A stretch of 64,000 nucleotides of DNA from positions 1,286-65,285 of the forward strand of contig DATCLK010000097.1 of assembly GCA_036563975.1 (NCBI GenBank). Reading direction: 5' to 3'. Numbering within the stretch: position 1 is the first letter of the stretch; each line of letters opens with the position of its first letter. Under the pieces are notes generated by a model. The model searched no databases. It saw only the letters and a program-made list of their open reading frames with translations, and was not told the origin of the DNA. The position numbers were made by a program, and so were the translations under genes. The DNA comes from Longimicrobiales bacterium (lineage in GTDB: Bacteria > Gemmatimonadota > Gemmatimonadetes > Longimicrobiales > RSA9). Shown here piece by piece: positions 1 through 10,483 of the stretch.

Positions 1-414
1 CAGGTATTTTCCGACCGGCGCCTTGTTGTACATCGTGTAGAAGGTCGCGACGCCACGCACGTACGCCGGCGAGAGGTCGAGCGCCGCCGCCACCTCTTCC
101 ATCGTGGCCGCCGAGAGATGACCGCGGATCTCCTGCGCCATCGCCAGGACCGGGAGTAGCGCCGCGCGCTTCTCGGGGTAACGCGACAGGATCTTGTTCA
201 GGCGCTCCCGGTACGGCCCCTCGAACAACGGGGCATCCGGGCGCCGTTCCGCGCGCAGATACGGAAGCGTGCCCGCCACGGCGGGATGCCCGCCATCCGG
301 CGGCCGCTTGCCGACGTAGTCGGTGCCGCGTACGTCCTGCTCGGTGAGGTGGGTGAACTCGCCGGTCTCACCCGCCCAACCGGGATTTCTGACGTTGTTC
401 GTTCGCGTCGCCAT
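1..414 (-). CDS. nuoE: NADH-quinone oxidoreductase subunit E (24 kDa), 3' end cut by window edge
   Basis: My translation of the minus strand from ATG 414-412: MATRTNNVRNPGW...YPEKRAALLPVLAMAQEIRGHLSAATMEEVAALDLSPAYVRGVATFYTMYNKAPVGKY. This is NuoE-like and lies downstream of nuoD in nuoABCDE order. Confidence 0.8.
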   Translation of the reverse strand, partial: MATRTNNVRNPGWAGETGEFTHLTEQDVRGTDYVGKRPPDGGHPAVAGTLPYLRAERRPDAPLFEGPYRERLNKILSRYPEKRAALLPVLAMAQEIRGHLSAATMEEVAAALDLSPAYVRGVATFYTMYNKAPVGKYL

Positions 415-472
415 CTGCCTGCCCGTTCCTTCCGGCTCCCGCTCCCGGCAGCGCCTGTCCGCCTCCGGCAGC

Positions 473-1747
473 TCAGCGGTCGATCTCGCCCAGCACGATG
501 TCCAGACTCGCGTTGATGGCGATGACGTCCGCCAGGAGGTGCCCTTCGACCAGCTTCGGCAGCGCCGAGAGGTTGACGAAGCTCGGCCCACGCACACGCC
601 AGCGGACGGGCTTCGAGCCGCCGTCGCTCACCACGTACATGCCGAGCTCCCCCTTCGAGCTCTCCACGCTGAACCAGCTCTCGCCCGGCGGCGCCTTGAT
701 GCCCTCCATCACGAGCTTGAAGTGATGGATCATCGACTCCATGTCGCTCATTGCGTCCGTCTTGTCGGGCAGGATCACACGTGGGTCATCCACGTTGATC
801 GGGCCGTCCGGCAGACGGTCCAGTGCCTGGCGGAGGATGCGCACGCTTTGCCGCATCTCCTCCATCCGCACCAGATAGCGATCGTAGCAGTCGCCGTGCT
901 CGCCGACCGGCACGTCGAAGTCGTAGGTCTCGTAATCGTAGTACGGCCGGTCCTTGCGGACGTCGTAAGGCACGCCGGACGCACGGAGGTTCGGGCCGGA
1001 GAGCCCGCAGTTCACGGCATCCTCGGGCCCGATGACGCCCACGTCCCGCAGGCGGCCGATCCAGATCTGGTTGTTGGTCAACAACGTCTCGACCTGATCG
1101 AGCGTGTCGGGGAACGTGTCGAGGAAGTGCCGCAGCTCGTCCGTCCAGCCGGCGGGGAGATCCGCCATCATCCCGCCGATGCGGGTGGCGGAGGTCGTGA
1201 TCCGCGCGCCCGTGAAGCGCTCGTGGAGGTTGTAGATCCGCTCCCGCTCCTGGAACGTCCAGAGGAAGACGGTGAAGGCGCCGACGTCGATCGCCGTGGT
1301 CCCGAGCCAGAGCAGGTGGCTGAAGATGCGATCCAGCTCCATGCAGATGACACGGACGACCTTGCAGCGCTCGGTCACCTCGATGCCCATCAGCTTCTCG
1401 ACCGCCATGGCGAAGGCGCAGTTGTAGATCAACGGCGCAAGGTAGTCCATGCGGTCCGTGAGCGGGATGATCTGGTTCCAGCCGCGATACTCGCCCAGCT
1501 TCTCGAAGCCGGAGTGCAGGTAGCCGATGTGCGGAATGCAGCGCACGACCGTCTCCCCATCCAGCTCGAGGACGAGGCGCAGCACGCCGTGCGTGGCGGG
1601 GTGCTGCGGGCCGATGTTGATGAGCATGTGCTCGCCCCGCAGCTCCGGCTCCACGCCCGGCGGAAGGACGGGCACGGTGACCGGCCGGCCGTCGACCCCC
1701 ATCTCGGGGTTGCGCCTCACCAGGTACTCGACGGTCCTCGTCTTCAC
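473..1747 (-). CDS. nuoD: NADH-quinone oxidoreductase subunit D (49 kDa)
   Basis: 424-aa ORF with a NuoD-like sequence throughout (INIGPQHPATHGVLRLVLELDGE..., IGYLHSGFEKL). Its start overlaps the nuoC stop by 4 nt. Confidence 0.95.
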   Translation of the reverse strand: MKTRTVEYLVRRNPEMGVDGRPVTVPVLPPGVEPELRGEHMLINIGPQHPATHGVLRLVLELDGETVVRCIPHIGYLHSGFEKLGEYRGWNQIIPLTDRMDYLAPLIYNCAFAMAVEKLMGIEVTERCKVVRVICMELDRIFSHLLWLGTTAIDVGAFTVFLWTFQERERIYNLHERFTGARITTSATRIGGMMADLPAGWTDELRHFLDTFPDTLDQVETLLTNNQIWIGRLRDVGVIGPEDAVNCGLSGPNLRASGVPYDVRKDRPYYDYETYDFDVPVGEHGDCYDRYLVRMEEMRQSVRILRQALDRLPDGPINVDDPRVILPDKTDAMSDMESMIHHFKLVMEGIKAPPGESWFSVESSKGELGMYVVSDGGSKPVRWRVRGPSFVNLSALPKLVEGHLLADVIAINASLDIVLGEIDR

Positions 1748-2460
1748 GACCCGCCTCCGTCCGTCTTGGTCTCTCCGCCGTCCGATCCGCCTGGCGCCGC
1801 CCCGGGCCGTCGCCCGCCGAGGCCGACCTCCAGCTCCTCCGGGAAGTAGATGTCCTCGAGGCCGAGCGCGAGCGCGCGCCGCGTCTGCTCGGCGCGGCTG
1901 AACCGGCCGCGGAGGGGGAAGTCCTTGCGCAGGGGATGGCCCTCGGCGTAGGAGTCGGGCATGAGGATGCGCCGCAGGTCCGGGTGGCCCCGGAAGCGGA
2001 TCCCGAACATGTCGTAGGTCTCACGCTCGAGCCAGTTGGCCGCCTGCCACAGGCCGGTCACTGAATCGATCTCGAGCGCGTCCAGCGGCAGCTCGGCCTT
2101 GACCCGCAGGCCACGGCGCAGCGGAATGGACCAGAGCTCGTAGACGACCTGGAGCGGCCGGCCCCCGCCGAAGTCGACCGCCGTCACGTCCTTCAGGAAG
2201 TCGTAGCGCTCGCCGGGATCATCCCGCAGCCAGCCGAGAATCTCCAGGATCCGCGAGGGCTCCACGTACACGACGTGCTCGTCCCCCGCGACCACCTCGT
2301 GGCGCAGGATCGCATCGCCGAACCGCGCGCGCAGCGCGTTCACCGACGGGTGGGACGCGCCGTCCCCCGTCCCCGGTCCGCCCCCGGCCGGGGGCGCGCT
2401 CGCGCCGTGCGCGGCGCCCGCCGCCAGGCCCTCGACAGCCGCCTCGAAGTCCTTACCCAT
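1744..2460 (-). CDS. nuoC: NADH-quinone oxidoreductase subunit C (30 kDa)
   Basis: 238-aa ORF with a NuoC-like core (VTAVDFGG...LQVVYELWS, ERETYDMFGIRFRGHPDLRRIL). Sits between nuoB and nuoD. Confidence 0.9.
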   Translation of the reverse strand: MGKDFEAAVEGLAAGAAHGASAPPAGGGPGTGDGASHPSVNALRARFGDAILRHEVVAGDEHVVYVEPSRILEILGWLRDDPGERYDFLKDVTAVDFGGGRPLQVVYELWSIPLRRGLRVKAELPLDALEIDSVTGLWQAANWLERETYDMFGIRFRGHPDLRRILMPDSYAEGHPLRKDFPLRGRFSRAEQTRRALALGLEDIYFPEELEVGLGGRRPGAAPGGSDGGETKTDGGGS

Positions 2461-2470
2461 ACCCGCCGCC

Positions 2471-3148
2471 CTACGGCCGCCGGTCGGACGGACGCGCCAC
2501 GGCCGTCGTCGAAACCAACCCGCTGGCGCGGTTCTGCGAAGTGGAGTTGCCGAAGGGAACGGTGATCTGGTCGATCACCTCGGCGGGCAGGTTCGGGCGG
2601 CCGACGGCCTCCGGATCCTCCGCCCGCAGGCGCGCATGCAGCTCCCGATCCACGACCGACTCGCCCTTGATCTTCTCCTGCAGCAGCAGGATCCCGTAGA
2701 TCAGGCCTTCAGGCCGCGGCGGACAACCCGGCACGTAGACGTCCACCGGGATGATCGTGTCGATCCCCTGCACCATCGAGTAGACGTCGAACACGCCGCC
2801 AGACGACGCGCACGCCCCCATGGAGATCGCCCACTTCGGCTGCGGCATCTGGTCCCAGATCCGCCGGAGCACGGGCGCCATCTTGTAGGTCACCCGGCCC
2901 GCGCAGATCAGCAGATCCGCCTGCCGCGGCGAGAACGACATGCGCTCCATCCCGAACCGCGCCAGATCGTAGCGCGATGCCGCCGACGCCATCATCTCGA
3001 TGGCGCAGCACGCCGTGCCGAACGGCATCGGCCAGAGCGAGTTCCGGCGCGCCCAGTTCACCACGAAGTCGAGCCTCGTGGTCAGCCACGAAAAGCCCCC
3101 TTGCCCGGCCACCGGCAGCGGCTTGCCTCCAGCGCTCGCTACTCCCAT
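2471..3148 (-). CDS. nuoB: NADH-quinone oxidoreductase subunit B (20 kDa, Fe-S)
   Basis: Lies in ORF 2471..3259. Start set at ATG 3148 (MGVASAGG...). Conserved [11 protein letters not shown] and [11 protein letters not shown] cluster-ligand motifs are present. Overlaps the nuoA end by 10 nt. Confidence 0.9.
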   Translation of the reverse strand: MGVASAGGKPLPVAGQGGFSWLTTRLDFVVNWARRNSLWPMPFGTACCAIEMMASAASRYDLARFGMERMSFSPRQADLLICAGRVTYKMAPVLRRIWDQMPQPKWAISMGACASSGGVFDVYSMVQGIDTIIPVDVYVPGCPPRPEGLIYGILLLQEKIKGESVVDRELHARLRAEDPEAVGRPNLPAEVIDQITVPFGNSTSQNRASGLVSTTAVARPSDRRP

Positions 3149-3495
3149 TGGAGCGCCCCTTTCTTCCAGATGTAGACGAATCCCACCACCAGCACGCCGA
3201 TGAACACCAGCATCTCGACGAAGCCGAAGATCCCGAGGGTGCGGAACATCACGCCCCACGGAATCAAGAACACCGTTTCAATGTCGAAGACGATGAACAG
3301 GATGGCAACGACGTAGAACTTGACGGAGAACCGCTCACGCGTGTCGCCCAGCGGCACCATTCCGGACTCGTACGGCGCCCGTTTCACCGGCGTCGGCCGG
3401 AACGTGCTGAGGAAATGCGATGCGACCACCATCCCGACCGCGTTCAGGAGAGAAACCGCGCCGAGGATCAGGATTGGCACGTACGAGTCGAGCAT
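3139..3495 (-). CDS. nuoA: NADH-quinone oxidoreductase subunit A
   Basis: 118-aa ORF with three hydrophobic segments. It is the first gene of the nuo cluster. Confidence 0.85.
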   Translation of the reverse strand: MLDSYVPILILGAVSLLNAVGMVVASHFLSTFRPTPVKRAPYESGMVPLGDTRERFSVKFYVVAILFIVFDIETVFLIPWGVMFRTLGIFGFVEMLVFIGVLVVGFVYIWKKGALQWE

Positions 3496-3539
3496 CGCTC
3501 CGCCCCGACTTTGTGAATTCCTTCACTTGGACGGCGCCA

Positions 3540-3568
3540 ACATTACCGGGCGCACGGGACAGTGTCAA
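3540..3568 (-). promoter_or_regulatory. Candidate sigma70-type promoter for the nuo operon
   Basis: The minus strand reads TTGACA-17 nt-TAATGT (plus-strand tgtcaa 3563-3568, acatta 3540-3545), about 45 nt upstream of the nuoA ATG. Confidence 0.5.
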
Positions 3569-3632
3569 GCGCGTGCACCGGGGGCCCCCAAACCCCTGCC
3601 CCCCGCGGCGACCCCCCGCCGGCCCCGCCGCC

Positions 3633-3662
3633 TTGCAGTGCCCGGCACCCGCGGCCTAAGTT
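3633..3662 (+). promoter_or_regulatory. Candidate sigma70-type promoter for dcd
   Basis: TTGCAG (3633-3638), an 18-nt spacer, then TAAGTT (3657-3662), about 55 nt upstream of the dcd ATG. Confidence 0.35.
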
Positions 3663-3717
3663 GGCCCCGATCTGCCCGGTTATGGACCCATTACCCGACG
3701 CGGGAGGCGCCGTTCCC

Positions 3718-4272
3718 ATGGCGATCAGGAGTGACCGTTGGATCCGCCGGATGGCCGAAGAGTACGGCATGATCGAGCCGTTCGAGGCGGGCCAGGTCCG
3801 AGAGGGCGTCGTCAGCTACGGGCTCTCCTCGTTCGGCTACGACATCCGCGTGGCCGACGAGTTCAAAGTCTTCACGGACGTGTTCAGCGTGGTGGTGGAC
3901 CCGAAGGCGTTCGACCCCCGCTCGTTCGTGGACATCCGTGGCGACTACTGCATCATCCCTCCCAATTCCTTCGCCCTGGCCAGGACCCTGGAGTACTTCC
4001 GGATCCCGAAGGACGTGCTGGTGGTGTGTGTTGGGAAATCCACGTACGCGCGTTGCGGGATCATCGTCAACGTCACGCCGCTGGAGCCGGAGTGGTGCGG
4101 GCACCTGACCCTCGAGATCTCGAACACCACGCCGCTGCCGGCCAAGATCTACGCGCACGAGGGGATCGCCCAGCTCCTCTTCTTCCAGGGCGATGAGGTG
4201 CCTTCCATGACGTACGCGACGCGTCGAGGGAAATACCAGGACCAGCGGGGCGTGACGCTTCCGAGGCTGTGA
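3718..4272 (+). CDS. dcd: dCTP deaminase
   Basis: Lies in ORF 3562..4272. Start set at ATG 3718 ([22 protein letters not shown]...). Typical Dcd sequence ([42 protein letters not shown]). Confidence 0.92.
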   Translation: MAIRSDRWIRRMAEEYGMIEPFEAGQVREGVVSYGLSSFGYDIRVADEFKVFTDVFSVVVDPKAFDPRSFVDIRGDYCIIPPNSFALARTLEYFRIPKDVLVVCVGKSTYARCGIIVNVTPLEPEWCGHLTLEISNTTPLPAKIYAHEGIAQLLFFQGDEVPSMTYATRRGKYQDQRGVTLPRL

Positions 4273-4294
4273 GCGGCGGTCTCCGGGAGCCGTC

Positions 4295-4585
4295 TCAAGC
4301 CGCCCTCCGCCACATCCCGACCAGCATCCAGAGGAAGATCGCCGCGATGATCGCCCAGCCCAGCCACAGGGCGATCATCGCGACGGCCGAAAGCCGCCCG
4401 GCGAGGCCGGAGAGCGCTCCGGCGAACCAGGCGATGGGGAGGACCAGGACCAGCAGCGCCAGGCCGACGGCGAGGAGGATGACCACCCCCCGCCCCCGGC
4501 CGGGCTGGTCCGGGGGGCGCTCCGGAATCGGCTGAGCGCCGCCTTCGAATGCGGGTTCGGTGCCGCCCGCGGGGACGGCCGCCAT
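4295..4585 (-). CDS. Hypothetical small membrane protein
   Basis: 96-aa ORF with a Pro/Gly-rich N-terminus followed by two to three hydrophobic helices (VVILLAVGLALLVLVLPIAWF..., MIALWLGWAIIAAIFLWMLVGMW). I recognise no family. Confidence 0.5.
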   Translation of the reverse strand: MAAVPAGGTEPAFEGGAQPIPERPPDQPGRGRGVVILLAVGLALLVLVLPIAWFAGALSGLAGRLSAVAMIALWLGWAIIAAIFLWMLVGMWRRAA

Positions 4586-4655
4586 GCCACCTCCTTACAG
4601 GGCCCCGTCCCACGGTCCCCGCAAGGCCTGCACCAGGGCGGCCGCCGCCGGGGGC

Positions 4656-5363
4656 TCAGGAGGAGACGGCCCGGAACAGGATCTCGCGCTGCACGGCCGC
4701 GATCGCCTCCGTGATGCGGATCTCCCGGGGGCAGGCGTCCGTGCAGTTGAAGATCTTGCGGCACCGCCAGACGCCCGTTCGCTGGTTCAGCACGGCGAGG
4801 CGCTCCGCCGCGCCCTGGTCACGGGAATCGAAGATGAAGCGGTGCGCGTTCACGATGGCCGCGGGCCCCACATACTGCTCGTTGGCCCAGAACGAGGGGC
4901 ACGACGTGGTGCAGGCAGCGCAGAGGATGCACTTCGTCGTGTCGTCGTAGCGCTCGCGTTCTTCGATGGACTGCAGCCGCTCGCGCCCTTCCGGCGGCGG
5001 GTCGTCGTTGATCAGGAAGGGCAGGATGGAGCGGTACTGGGCGAAGAACGGCTCCATGTCCACCACGAGGTCCTTGATGACGGGGTAGCCGAGCAGCGGC
5101 TCCACCGTGATCTTCGGCCCGGCGTCGCGGACGAGGGTCTTGCAGGCGAGCGCGCTGACGCCGTTGATGCGCATGGCGTCGGAGCCGCAGACGCCGTGCG
5201 CGCAGGAGCGACGGTACGTGAGGGTACCGTCCTGATACGCCTTGATGGCGTTCAGGCCGTCGAGCACGCGGTCCGTCGGCTCGAGCTCGACCTCGTATTC
5301 CCGGTAGTAGGGCGCGCGATCGGTCTCCGGATCGTATCGCTGGATCCTGAACAGTGTCTTCAT
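4656..5363 (-). CDS. sdhB: Succinate dehydrogenase iron-sulfur subunit
   Basis: Start set at ATG 5363 (MKTLFRIQRYDPE...). Cys clusters are typical of SdhB (CAHGVCGSDAMRING, CILCAACTTSCP, CRKIFNCTDACP). The ATG lies 1 nt after the sdhA stop. Confidence 0.95.
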   Translation of the reverse strand: MKTLFRIQRYDPETDRAPYYREYEVELEPTDRVLDGLNAIKAYQDGTLTYRRSCAHGVCGSDAMRINGVSALACKTLVRDAGPKITVEPLLGYPVIKDLVVDMEPFFAQYRSILPFLINDDPPPEGRERLQSIEERERYDDTTKCILCAACTTSCPSFWANEQYVGPAAIVNAHRFIFDSRDQGAAERLAVLNQRTGVWRCRKIFNCTDACPREIRITEAIAAVQREILFRAVSS

Positions 5364-5364
5364 C

Positions 5365-7104
5365 TCAGTAGACCCGCTCCTTGGGCGGAAAGCGCGTGAT
5401 GACGACCGGCTTGTAGCGGATGTCCACCCCACCGTCCTCGCGGCGGTAGGCCAGGGTGTGCTTGAGCCAGTTTTCGTCGTCGCGCGCCGGGTAGTCCTCG
5501 CGGTAATGGGCGCCGCGGCTCTCGGTGCGGTTGAGGGCGCAGGTGGCCGTCACGTACGCCAGGTCGAGCAGGCAGCCGAGCTCCCACGTCTCGAGGAGGT
5601 CGGTGTTGAAGTACCGGCTCTTGTCCTGCACGCGGACGTACCGGTAGCGCTCGCGCAGCTCTTCGAGCCGCCGGATCGCTTCCTGGAGCCCGGCCGCATC
5701 GCGGAAGACGCCGACGTGGTCCATCATCACGTCCTGCATCTCCGTACGGATGCGAGCGGGGACCTCGTCGCCTTTCGAGGAGCGCAGCTGTTCGAGGCGC
5801 TCCAGCGTCGGCCCTGCGGGGTCCGGCGGCAGCGGCGCCAGGTCCGCCTCGCGGCAGAAGCGGATCATGTCCCGCCCCGCGCGCCGACCGAAGACGACGA
5901 GATCCAGCAGCGAGTTGGTGCCGAGGCGGTTGGCGCCGTGCACGCTGACGCAGGCGCACTCCCCGGCCGCGTAGAAGCCGGGCAGAACCGTCTTGACATC
6001 GTCCACCACGACGCGGCCGTCCACGTCGGTGGGGATGCCGCCCATTGCGTAGTGCGCGGTCGGCTGGACGGGGATGGGCTCGTACGCCGGGTCGATTCCC
6101 AGGTAGGTCCGGCAGAAGTCCTGGATGTCGGGCAGCTTGGTGGCGACGACCTCGGGGCCGAGCCGGGTCGCGTCGAGGTGGACGTAGCGCTTGCCGTCGA
6201 TCCCGCGGCCTTCCCGGATCTCCTGGTAAATGGCGCGACTGACGACGTCCCGGCTGGCGAGGTCTTTCATCGTGGGGGCGTAGCGCTCCATGAACCGCTC
6301 GCCGTCCTTGTTCCGCAGCACGCCGCCCTCGCCCCGGACGCCCTCCGTGATCAGGATGCCGAGCTTGTAGATGCCGGTCGGGTGGAACTGGAAGAACTCC
6401 ATGTCCTCGAGCGGCACCCCGTTACGGAAGGCGATCGCCGGCCCATCCCCCGTGAACGCCAGCGCGTTCGAGGTGACGGCGTACATGCGGCCGAACCCGC
6501 CCGTCGCGAAGAGCACGGCCTTGGCGTGGAAGATGTGCAGGTCGCCCGTGCGGATCTGGTACGCGACCACGCCGGCCACCCGCCCGTCCGAGAGGACCAG
6601 GTCCAGCACCTGGAACTCGTCGAAGAACGTCACGCCGGCCTTGATGCACTGCTGATACAGCGTCTGGAGGATCATGTGGCCGGTGCGGTCGGCGGCGTAG
6701 CAGCTCCGGCGCACGGGCCCCTGCCCGAAGTGATGCGTGTGGCCGCCGAAACGGCGCTGGGCGATCCGGCCATCCTCCGTGCGGGAGAAGGGCAGCCCCA
6801 TGTGCTCGAGCTCCAGGACCACCTCCACCGCGTCCTGGCACATGAGCTCGATCGCGTCCTGATCACCCAGGTAGTCGCTTCCCTTGACGGTGTCGAAGGC
6901 GTGCCACTCCGGGTGGTCTTCCTCCAGGTTGCCCAGCGCCGCGCCGATCCCACCCTGCGCCGCGCCGGTGTGTGAGCGCGTGGGATAGAGCTTGGAGATC
7001 ACGGCCATGCGCAGGCCGCTGGCCTGCGCCAGGGTGCGCGCGGCCATGAGGCCGGCCCCGCCGCCGCCTACGACCAGGGCGTCAAACGTGTGCGTCTGGA
7101 TCAT
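5365..7104 (-). CDS. sdhA: Succinate dehydrogenase flavoprotein subunit
   Basis: Start set at ATG 7104 (MIQTHTFDALVVGGGGAGLMAA, an FAD Rossmann motif). Also contains RSHTGAAQGG and an SdhA-like sequence throughout. Shares a 4-nt overlap with the sdhD stop. Confidence 0.95.
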   Translation of the reverse strand: MIQTHTFDALVVGGGGAGLMAARTLAQASGLRMAVISKLYPTRSHTGAAQGGIGAALGNLEEDHPEWHAFDTVKGSDYLGDQDAIELMCQDAVEVVLELEHMGLPFSRTEDGRIAQRRFGGHTHHFGQGPVRRSCYAADRTGHMILQTLYQQCIKAGVTFFDEFQVLDLVLSDGRVAGVVAYQIRTGDLHIFHAKAVLFATGGFGRMYAVTSNALAFTGDGPAIAFRNGVPLEDMEFFQFHPTGIYKLGILITEGVRGEGGVLRNKDGERFMERYAPTMKDLASRDVVSRAIYQEIREGRGIDGKRYVHLDATRLGPEVVATKLPDIQDFCRTYLGIDPAYEPIPVQPTAHYAMGGIPTDVDGRVVVDDVKTVLPGFYAAGECACVSVHGANRLGTNSLLDLVVFGRRAGRDMIRFCREADLAPLPPDPAGPTLERLEQLRSSKGDEVPARIRTEMQDVMMDHVGVFRDAAGLQEAIRRLEELRERYRYVRVQDKSRYFNTDLLETWELGCLLDLAYVTATCALNRTESRGAHYREDYPARDDENWLKHTLAYRREDGGVDIRYKPVVITRFPPKERVY

Positions 7105-7520
7105 AGGGCCGCCGCAGGCGTGCTCGCGACGGGGGTGAAGGTCACGATGATGTACGCCCCCATCCCCAGGAACGCGGCGAAGATGACGAAGAGTACCGCC
7201 TTCACGGCGGTCAGCCATCCCGCCTTGTGGACGTAATCGTCGACGATGATGCGGAGGCCGTTCATCCCGTGCGTGAGTGCGAAGGCCAGGAGGAACAGGT
7301 CGTACAGCCTCCACAGGGGGTTGGTCCAGCGCTGCGCCACCACGTCGAAGTCGATCTGATCCACGCCGATGACGGCGTGCATCCAGAACAGGTGGAAAAC
7401 CGCGAGGCCGAGGAGGATCACCCCCGAGATCCTCATGAAGAACCACGAGTACAGCTCGAAGTTGCTGTTGGGCGGCCTGCCACGCCTACGACCGAAGGCC
7501 TCAATCGCCTGGTTGCTCAT
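7101..7520 (-). CDS. sdhD: Succinate dehydrogenase membrane anchor subunit
   Basis: 139-aa ORF with three TM helices. Sits between sdhC and sdhA. Confidence 0.75.
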   Translation of the reverse strand: MSNQAIEAFGRRRGRPPNSNFELYSWFFMRISGVILLGLAVFHLFWMHAVIGVDQIDFDVVAQRWTNPLWRLYDLFLLAFALTHGMNGLRIIVDDYVHKAGWLTAVKAVLFVIFAAFLGMGAYIIVTFTPVASTPAAAL

Positions 7521-7523
7521 CGC

Positions 7524-7931
7524 TCAGTCGAAGAGAGGAAGAAGGAAGACGTACGCACCCCACAGGAACACGGGCACGAACACCGCTGCCTCGGCCAGGA
7601 TCATCTGGCGCTCGTAGCGCCAGAGGCCTGGCCAGAAATCCTGGATGATGAGGCGCAGCCCGTTCAACGCGTGGAAGAGCACGCCGAACAGGAGGAAGAC
7701 CTCGAGCACGCGGGCCCACCACGCACTGTAGATGAAGAGCAAATGGTTGAAGACGTCGGGACCGAAGCCAAGCAGGAAGATGTCGAAAATGTGCAGCAAC
7801 AGGAACAGCAGGATGCCCAGCCCGGTCGTACGGTGCAGCAGCCACGTCCACATCCCCTGCCGGCCCCGATAGCGCAGGCCCGCGAGCACGGGACGGCCGC
7901 GGCTGCCGTACACGGTCCGCGATCCCGTCAT
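7524..7931 (-). CDS. sdhC: Succinate dehydrogenase cytochrome b subunit
   Basis: 135-aa ORF with three TM helices and conserved His residues (LLHRTTG..., FHALNGLR). It is the first gene of the sdh cluster. Confidence 0.8.
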   Translation of the reverse strand: MTGSRTVYGSRGRPVLAGLRYRGRQGMWTWLLHRTTGLGILLFLLLHIFDIFLLGFGPDVFNHLLFIYSAWWARVLEVFLLFGVLFHALNGLRLIIQDFWPGLWRYERQMILAEAAVFVPVFLWGAYVFLLPLFD

Positions 7932-7935
7932 GGGT

Positions 7936-8862
7936 TCACCTGAGCAATGCCATTGTCTCTTTGACAGCCTGCGCCGAGCGGTTCAGCTCGATGCGCTCCT
8001 TGCTGGTCAGCTCGACCTCGATGATCCCTTCCAGGCCGGCCGCGCCGAGCTTGCAGGGCACGCCCAGGAAGAGGCCCTCGAGGCCGTACTCGCCCTCGAG
8101 CCACGCCGAGCACGGGAGGATGCGCTTCTTGTCCCGGACGATGGCCTCCACCATCTGGACGACGGCGGCGGCAGGCGCGTAGTACGCGCTCCCCGTCTTC
8201 AGGTAGCTGACGATCTCCGCGCCGCCGTTGCGGGTACGCTCGATGAGCTTGTCGATGCGCTCGCGGTCGAGGAGCTGCGTGAGCGGGATGCCGCCGACGT
8301 TCGTGTAGGAGGCGAGGGGCACCATGGTGTCCCCGTGCCCACCGAGCACCAGGGCCTGGACGTCCTCGACGCTCACGTTCAGCTCGAGCGCAACGAAGGA
8401 GCGGAAGCGGGCGGTGTCGAGCACCCCCGCCATCCCGATCACGCGCTCCCGCGGGAAGCCCGTCGTCGTCTTGCACACGTACGCCATGACGTCCAACGGG
8501 TTCGAGACCATGATGACGATGGCGTCGGGAGAGGTCTCGCGGATGGCCTCGGACACCTGGCGCACGATGCCCGCGTTGGTGTTCAGCAGGTCCTCCCGGC
8601 TCATTCCGGGTTTGCGGGCGATTCCCGCCGTGACGACGATGAGGTCGGAGCCCGCGGTGTCCTCGTAGCGATTCGTGCCGATGACCCGGGTGTCGAACCC
8701 TTCGATCGGCGCGGACTCCCACTGGTCGAGGCCTTTGCCCTGGGGGATGCCTTCCACCACATCCACCATCACCACCTCGCGCGCCAGTTCCCGGCGCGCG
8801 ATACCCTGTGCCGCTGTCGCGCCGACGTTGCCGGCGCCGACCACCGTGATTTTCTTTACCAT
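7936..8862 (-). CDS. mdh: Malate dehydrogenase (LDH-like family)
   Basis: 308-aa ORF: [18 protein letters not shown]..., [25 protein letters not shown]. Confidence 0.93.
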   Translation of the reverse strand: MVKKITVVGAGNVGATAAQGIARRELAREVVMVDVVEGIPQGKGLDQWESAPIEGFDTRVIGTNRYEDTAGSDLIVVTAGIARKPGMSREDLLNTNAGIVRQVSEAIRETSPDAIVIMVSNPLDVMAYVCKTTTGFPRERVIGMAGVLDTARFRSFVALELNVSVEDVQALVLGGHGDTMVPLASYTNVGGIPLTQLLDRERIDKLIERTRNGGAEIVSYLKTGSAYYAPAAAVVQMVEAIVRDKKRILPCSAWLEGEYGLEGLFLGVPCKLGAAGLEGIIEVELTSKERIELNRSAQAVKETMALLR

Positions 8863-8910
8863 GTCTTGCAGGTCCGGGCGTTGTCTGTAGCCCGCGTTCC
8901 GGGCGGCGGC

Positions 8911-8939
8911 AAAGTAGGGCCGACACAGGTAGGTGTCAA
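8911..8939 (-). promoter_or_regulatory. Candidate sigma70-type promoter for mdh
   Basis: The minus strand reads TTGACA-17 nt-TACTTT (plus-strand tgtcaa 8934-8939, aaagta 8911-8916), about 50 nt upstream of the mdh ATG. It is preceded by two short GC hairpins after the moaA stop. Confidence 0.5.
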
Positions 8940-8989
8940 CGCGACCCCGCGGGTCGGCGGGCTGCCCGCCCCTCGGTGTGGCGGCCGCC

Positions 8990-10045
8990 TCAGCCGCCCA
9001 CCTGCGAGAGGGCGAGGAGGCCGCCCGAGCCGGCGGCGCTGCCCTGGAGGAGGAAGTGCCTGGCAGGCTTCACCGCGAGCGTGCGGCGGATCAGCGGCTC
9101 GATGGGTTCGCCCCGGCGCAGCGGGTCGCGCAGGTTCGTCTGCAGCTCTCCGAACAGGCACGGCCGCAACTCCCCGTTTGCCGTGAGCCGCATGCGGTTG
9201 CACCGCTCGCAGTAGTTGTGGCTCATGGGCGTGATCACCCCGACGGTGCCCGGCGCGCCCGGGAAACGGAAATAGGTCGCCGGCCCGTTCCCTGCCGGGC
9301 CGGGCACAGGCTCGATCCGTCCGATCCTCTGGATCCGCGCGAGCACCTCGGCCGCGCTCACGAACTCGCGCGCCGCGACCTCGAGGTTCTCCCCCACCGG
9401 CATGACCTCGATGAACCGCACGTGCCACGGCCGTTCCAGCGTCATGCGCGCGAATGCCTCGACTTCGTCGTCGTTGCGGCCGCGCAGGACGACGGTGTTG
9501 ATCTTGATCGGGTCGAACCCGGCACGCTCGGCCGCGGCGATCCCTTCCATGATCCGCGCGTACGAGCCAGGCCGCCGGGCGATCTCGTCCACCCGCTCCG
9601 GGATCAGCGAGTCCAGCGAGATGTTGACACGATTGACCCCGGCGCGCCGCAACACGTCGGCCAGCGGCGCCAGGAGCACGGCGTTGGTCGAGAGCGCGAT
9701 GTCCTCGATGCCGGGGATCTCGTGGAGCATTCCGACCAGGCGGTCGAGATCTCGCCGGACCAGCGGCTCGCCACCCGTGATCCGCACGCGCCGCAGGCCC
9801 ATGCCGGCCATGACGCGCACGATCGCCGCGATCTCCTCGTAGGTGAGCAGCTCGTCGCGCCGCAGCCAGGGCAGGCCCTCCAGGGGCATGCAGTAGACGC
9901 ACCGGAGGTTGCACTTGTCCGTGACGGAGATGCGCAGGTACTCGATCCGGCGGCCGAACGCGTCCCGCATGCCTCCGGCCTCGCCGGCGCGCTCCTGTGA
10001 TGCGGACTCGCGGACCGCCGCGGCCCGCGTTAGCAGGTCGGTCAT
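8990..10045 (-). CDS. moaA: GTP 3',8-cyclase (molybdenum cofactor biosynthesis protein A, radical SAM)
   Basis: 351-aa ORF with the radical-SAM motif [10 protein letters not shown] and a C-terminal Cys cluster ([22 protein letters not shown]). Shares an ATGA overlap with the moaE stop. Confidence 0.93.
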   Translation of the reverse strand: MTDLLTRAAAVRESASQERAGEAGGMRDAFGRRIEYLRISVTDKCNLRCVYCMPLEGLPWLRRDELLTYEEIAAIVRVMAGMGLRRVRITGGEPLVRRDLDRLVGMLHEIPGIEDIALSTNAVLLAPLADVLRRAGVNRVNISLDSLIPERVDEIARRPGSYARIMEGIAAAERAGFDPIKINTVVLRGRNDDEVEAFARMTLERPWHVRFIEVMPVGENLEVAAREFVSAAEVLARIQRIGRIEPVPGPAGNGPATYFRFPGAPGTVGVITPMSHNYCERCNRMRLTANGELRPCLFGELQTNLRDPLRRGEPIEPLIRRTLAVKPARHFLLQGSAAGSGGLLALSQVGG

Positions 10046-10482
10046 CGTGCCGCCTCCGGAACCGGTGGAGTGTGGCCGTCGAGCCAGCGGCGCTCGCCGT
10101 CGGTGTAGCGCTCCTCCTTCCAGACCGGCAGCCGGCGCTTGACCTCCTCGATGAGCTCGCGCGCGGCGTCGAACGCCTCGGCCCGATGCGCACTCGAGAC
10201 AGCCACGGCCAGGCTCACCTCGCCCACCTGCAGTTCACCGACCCGGTGCACGGCCGCGATCCGGATGCCGGGCCGCCGCGCCTCCGCCTCGGCCACCAGC
10301 GTGGCCAGCACGCGCTCTGCCATGGCCTCGTAGGCCTCGTACAGGATGGAGGCGACGGGGCGGCCTTCGTTGTGGTCGCGCACCACGCCGAGGAACAGCA
10401 CCTCTGCGCCATGGTCCGACGCGCCGACGCTGGCGAGGACGGCCGCGGGATCGATGGCGTCACGCGTGATGCGGACGAACAC
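10042..10482 (-). CDS. moaE: Molybdopterin synthase catalytic subunit
   Basis: 146-aa ORF that is MoaE-like (GAEVLFLGVVRDHNEGR..., IAAVHRVGEL.VGE, PVWKEE). Confidence 0.85.
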   Translation of the reverse strand: MFVRITRDAIDPAAVLASVGASDHGAEVLFLGVVRDHNEGRPVASILYEAYEAMAERVLATLVAEAEARRPGIRIAAVHRVGELQVGEVSLAVAVSSAHRAEAFDAARELIEEVKRRLPVWKEERYTDGERRWLDGHTPPVPEAAR

Positions 10483-10483
10483 G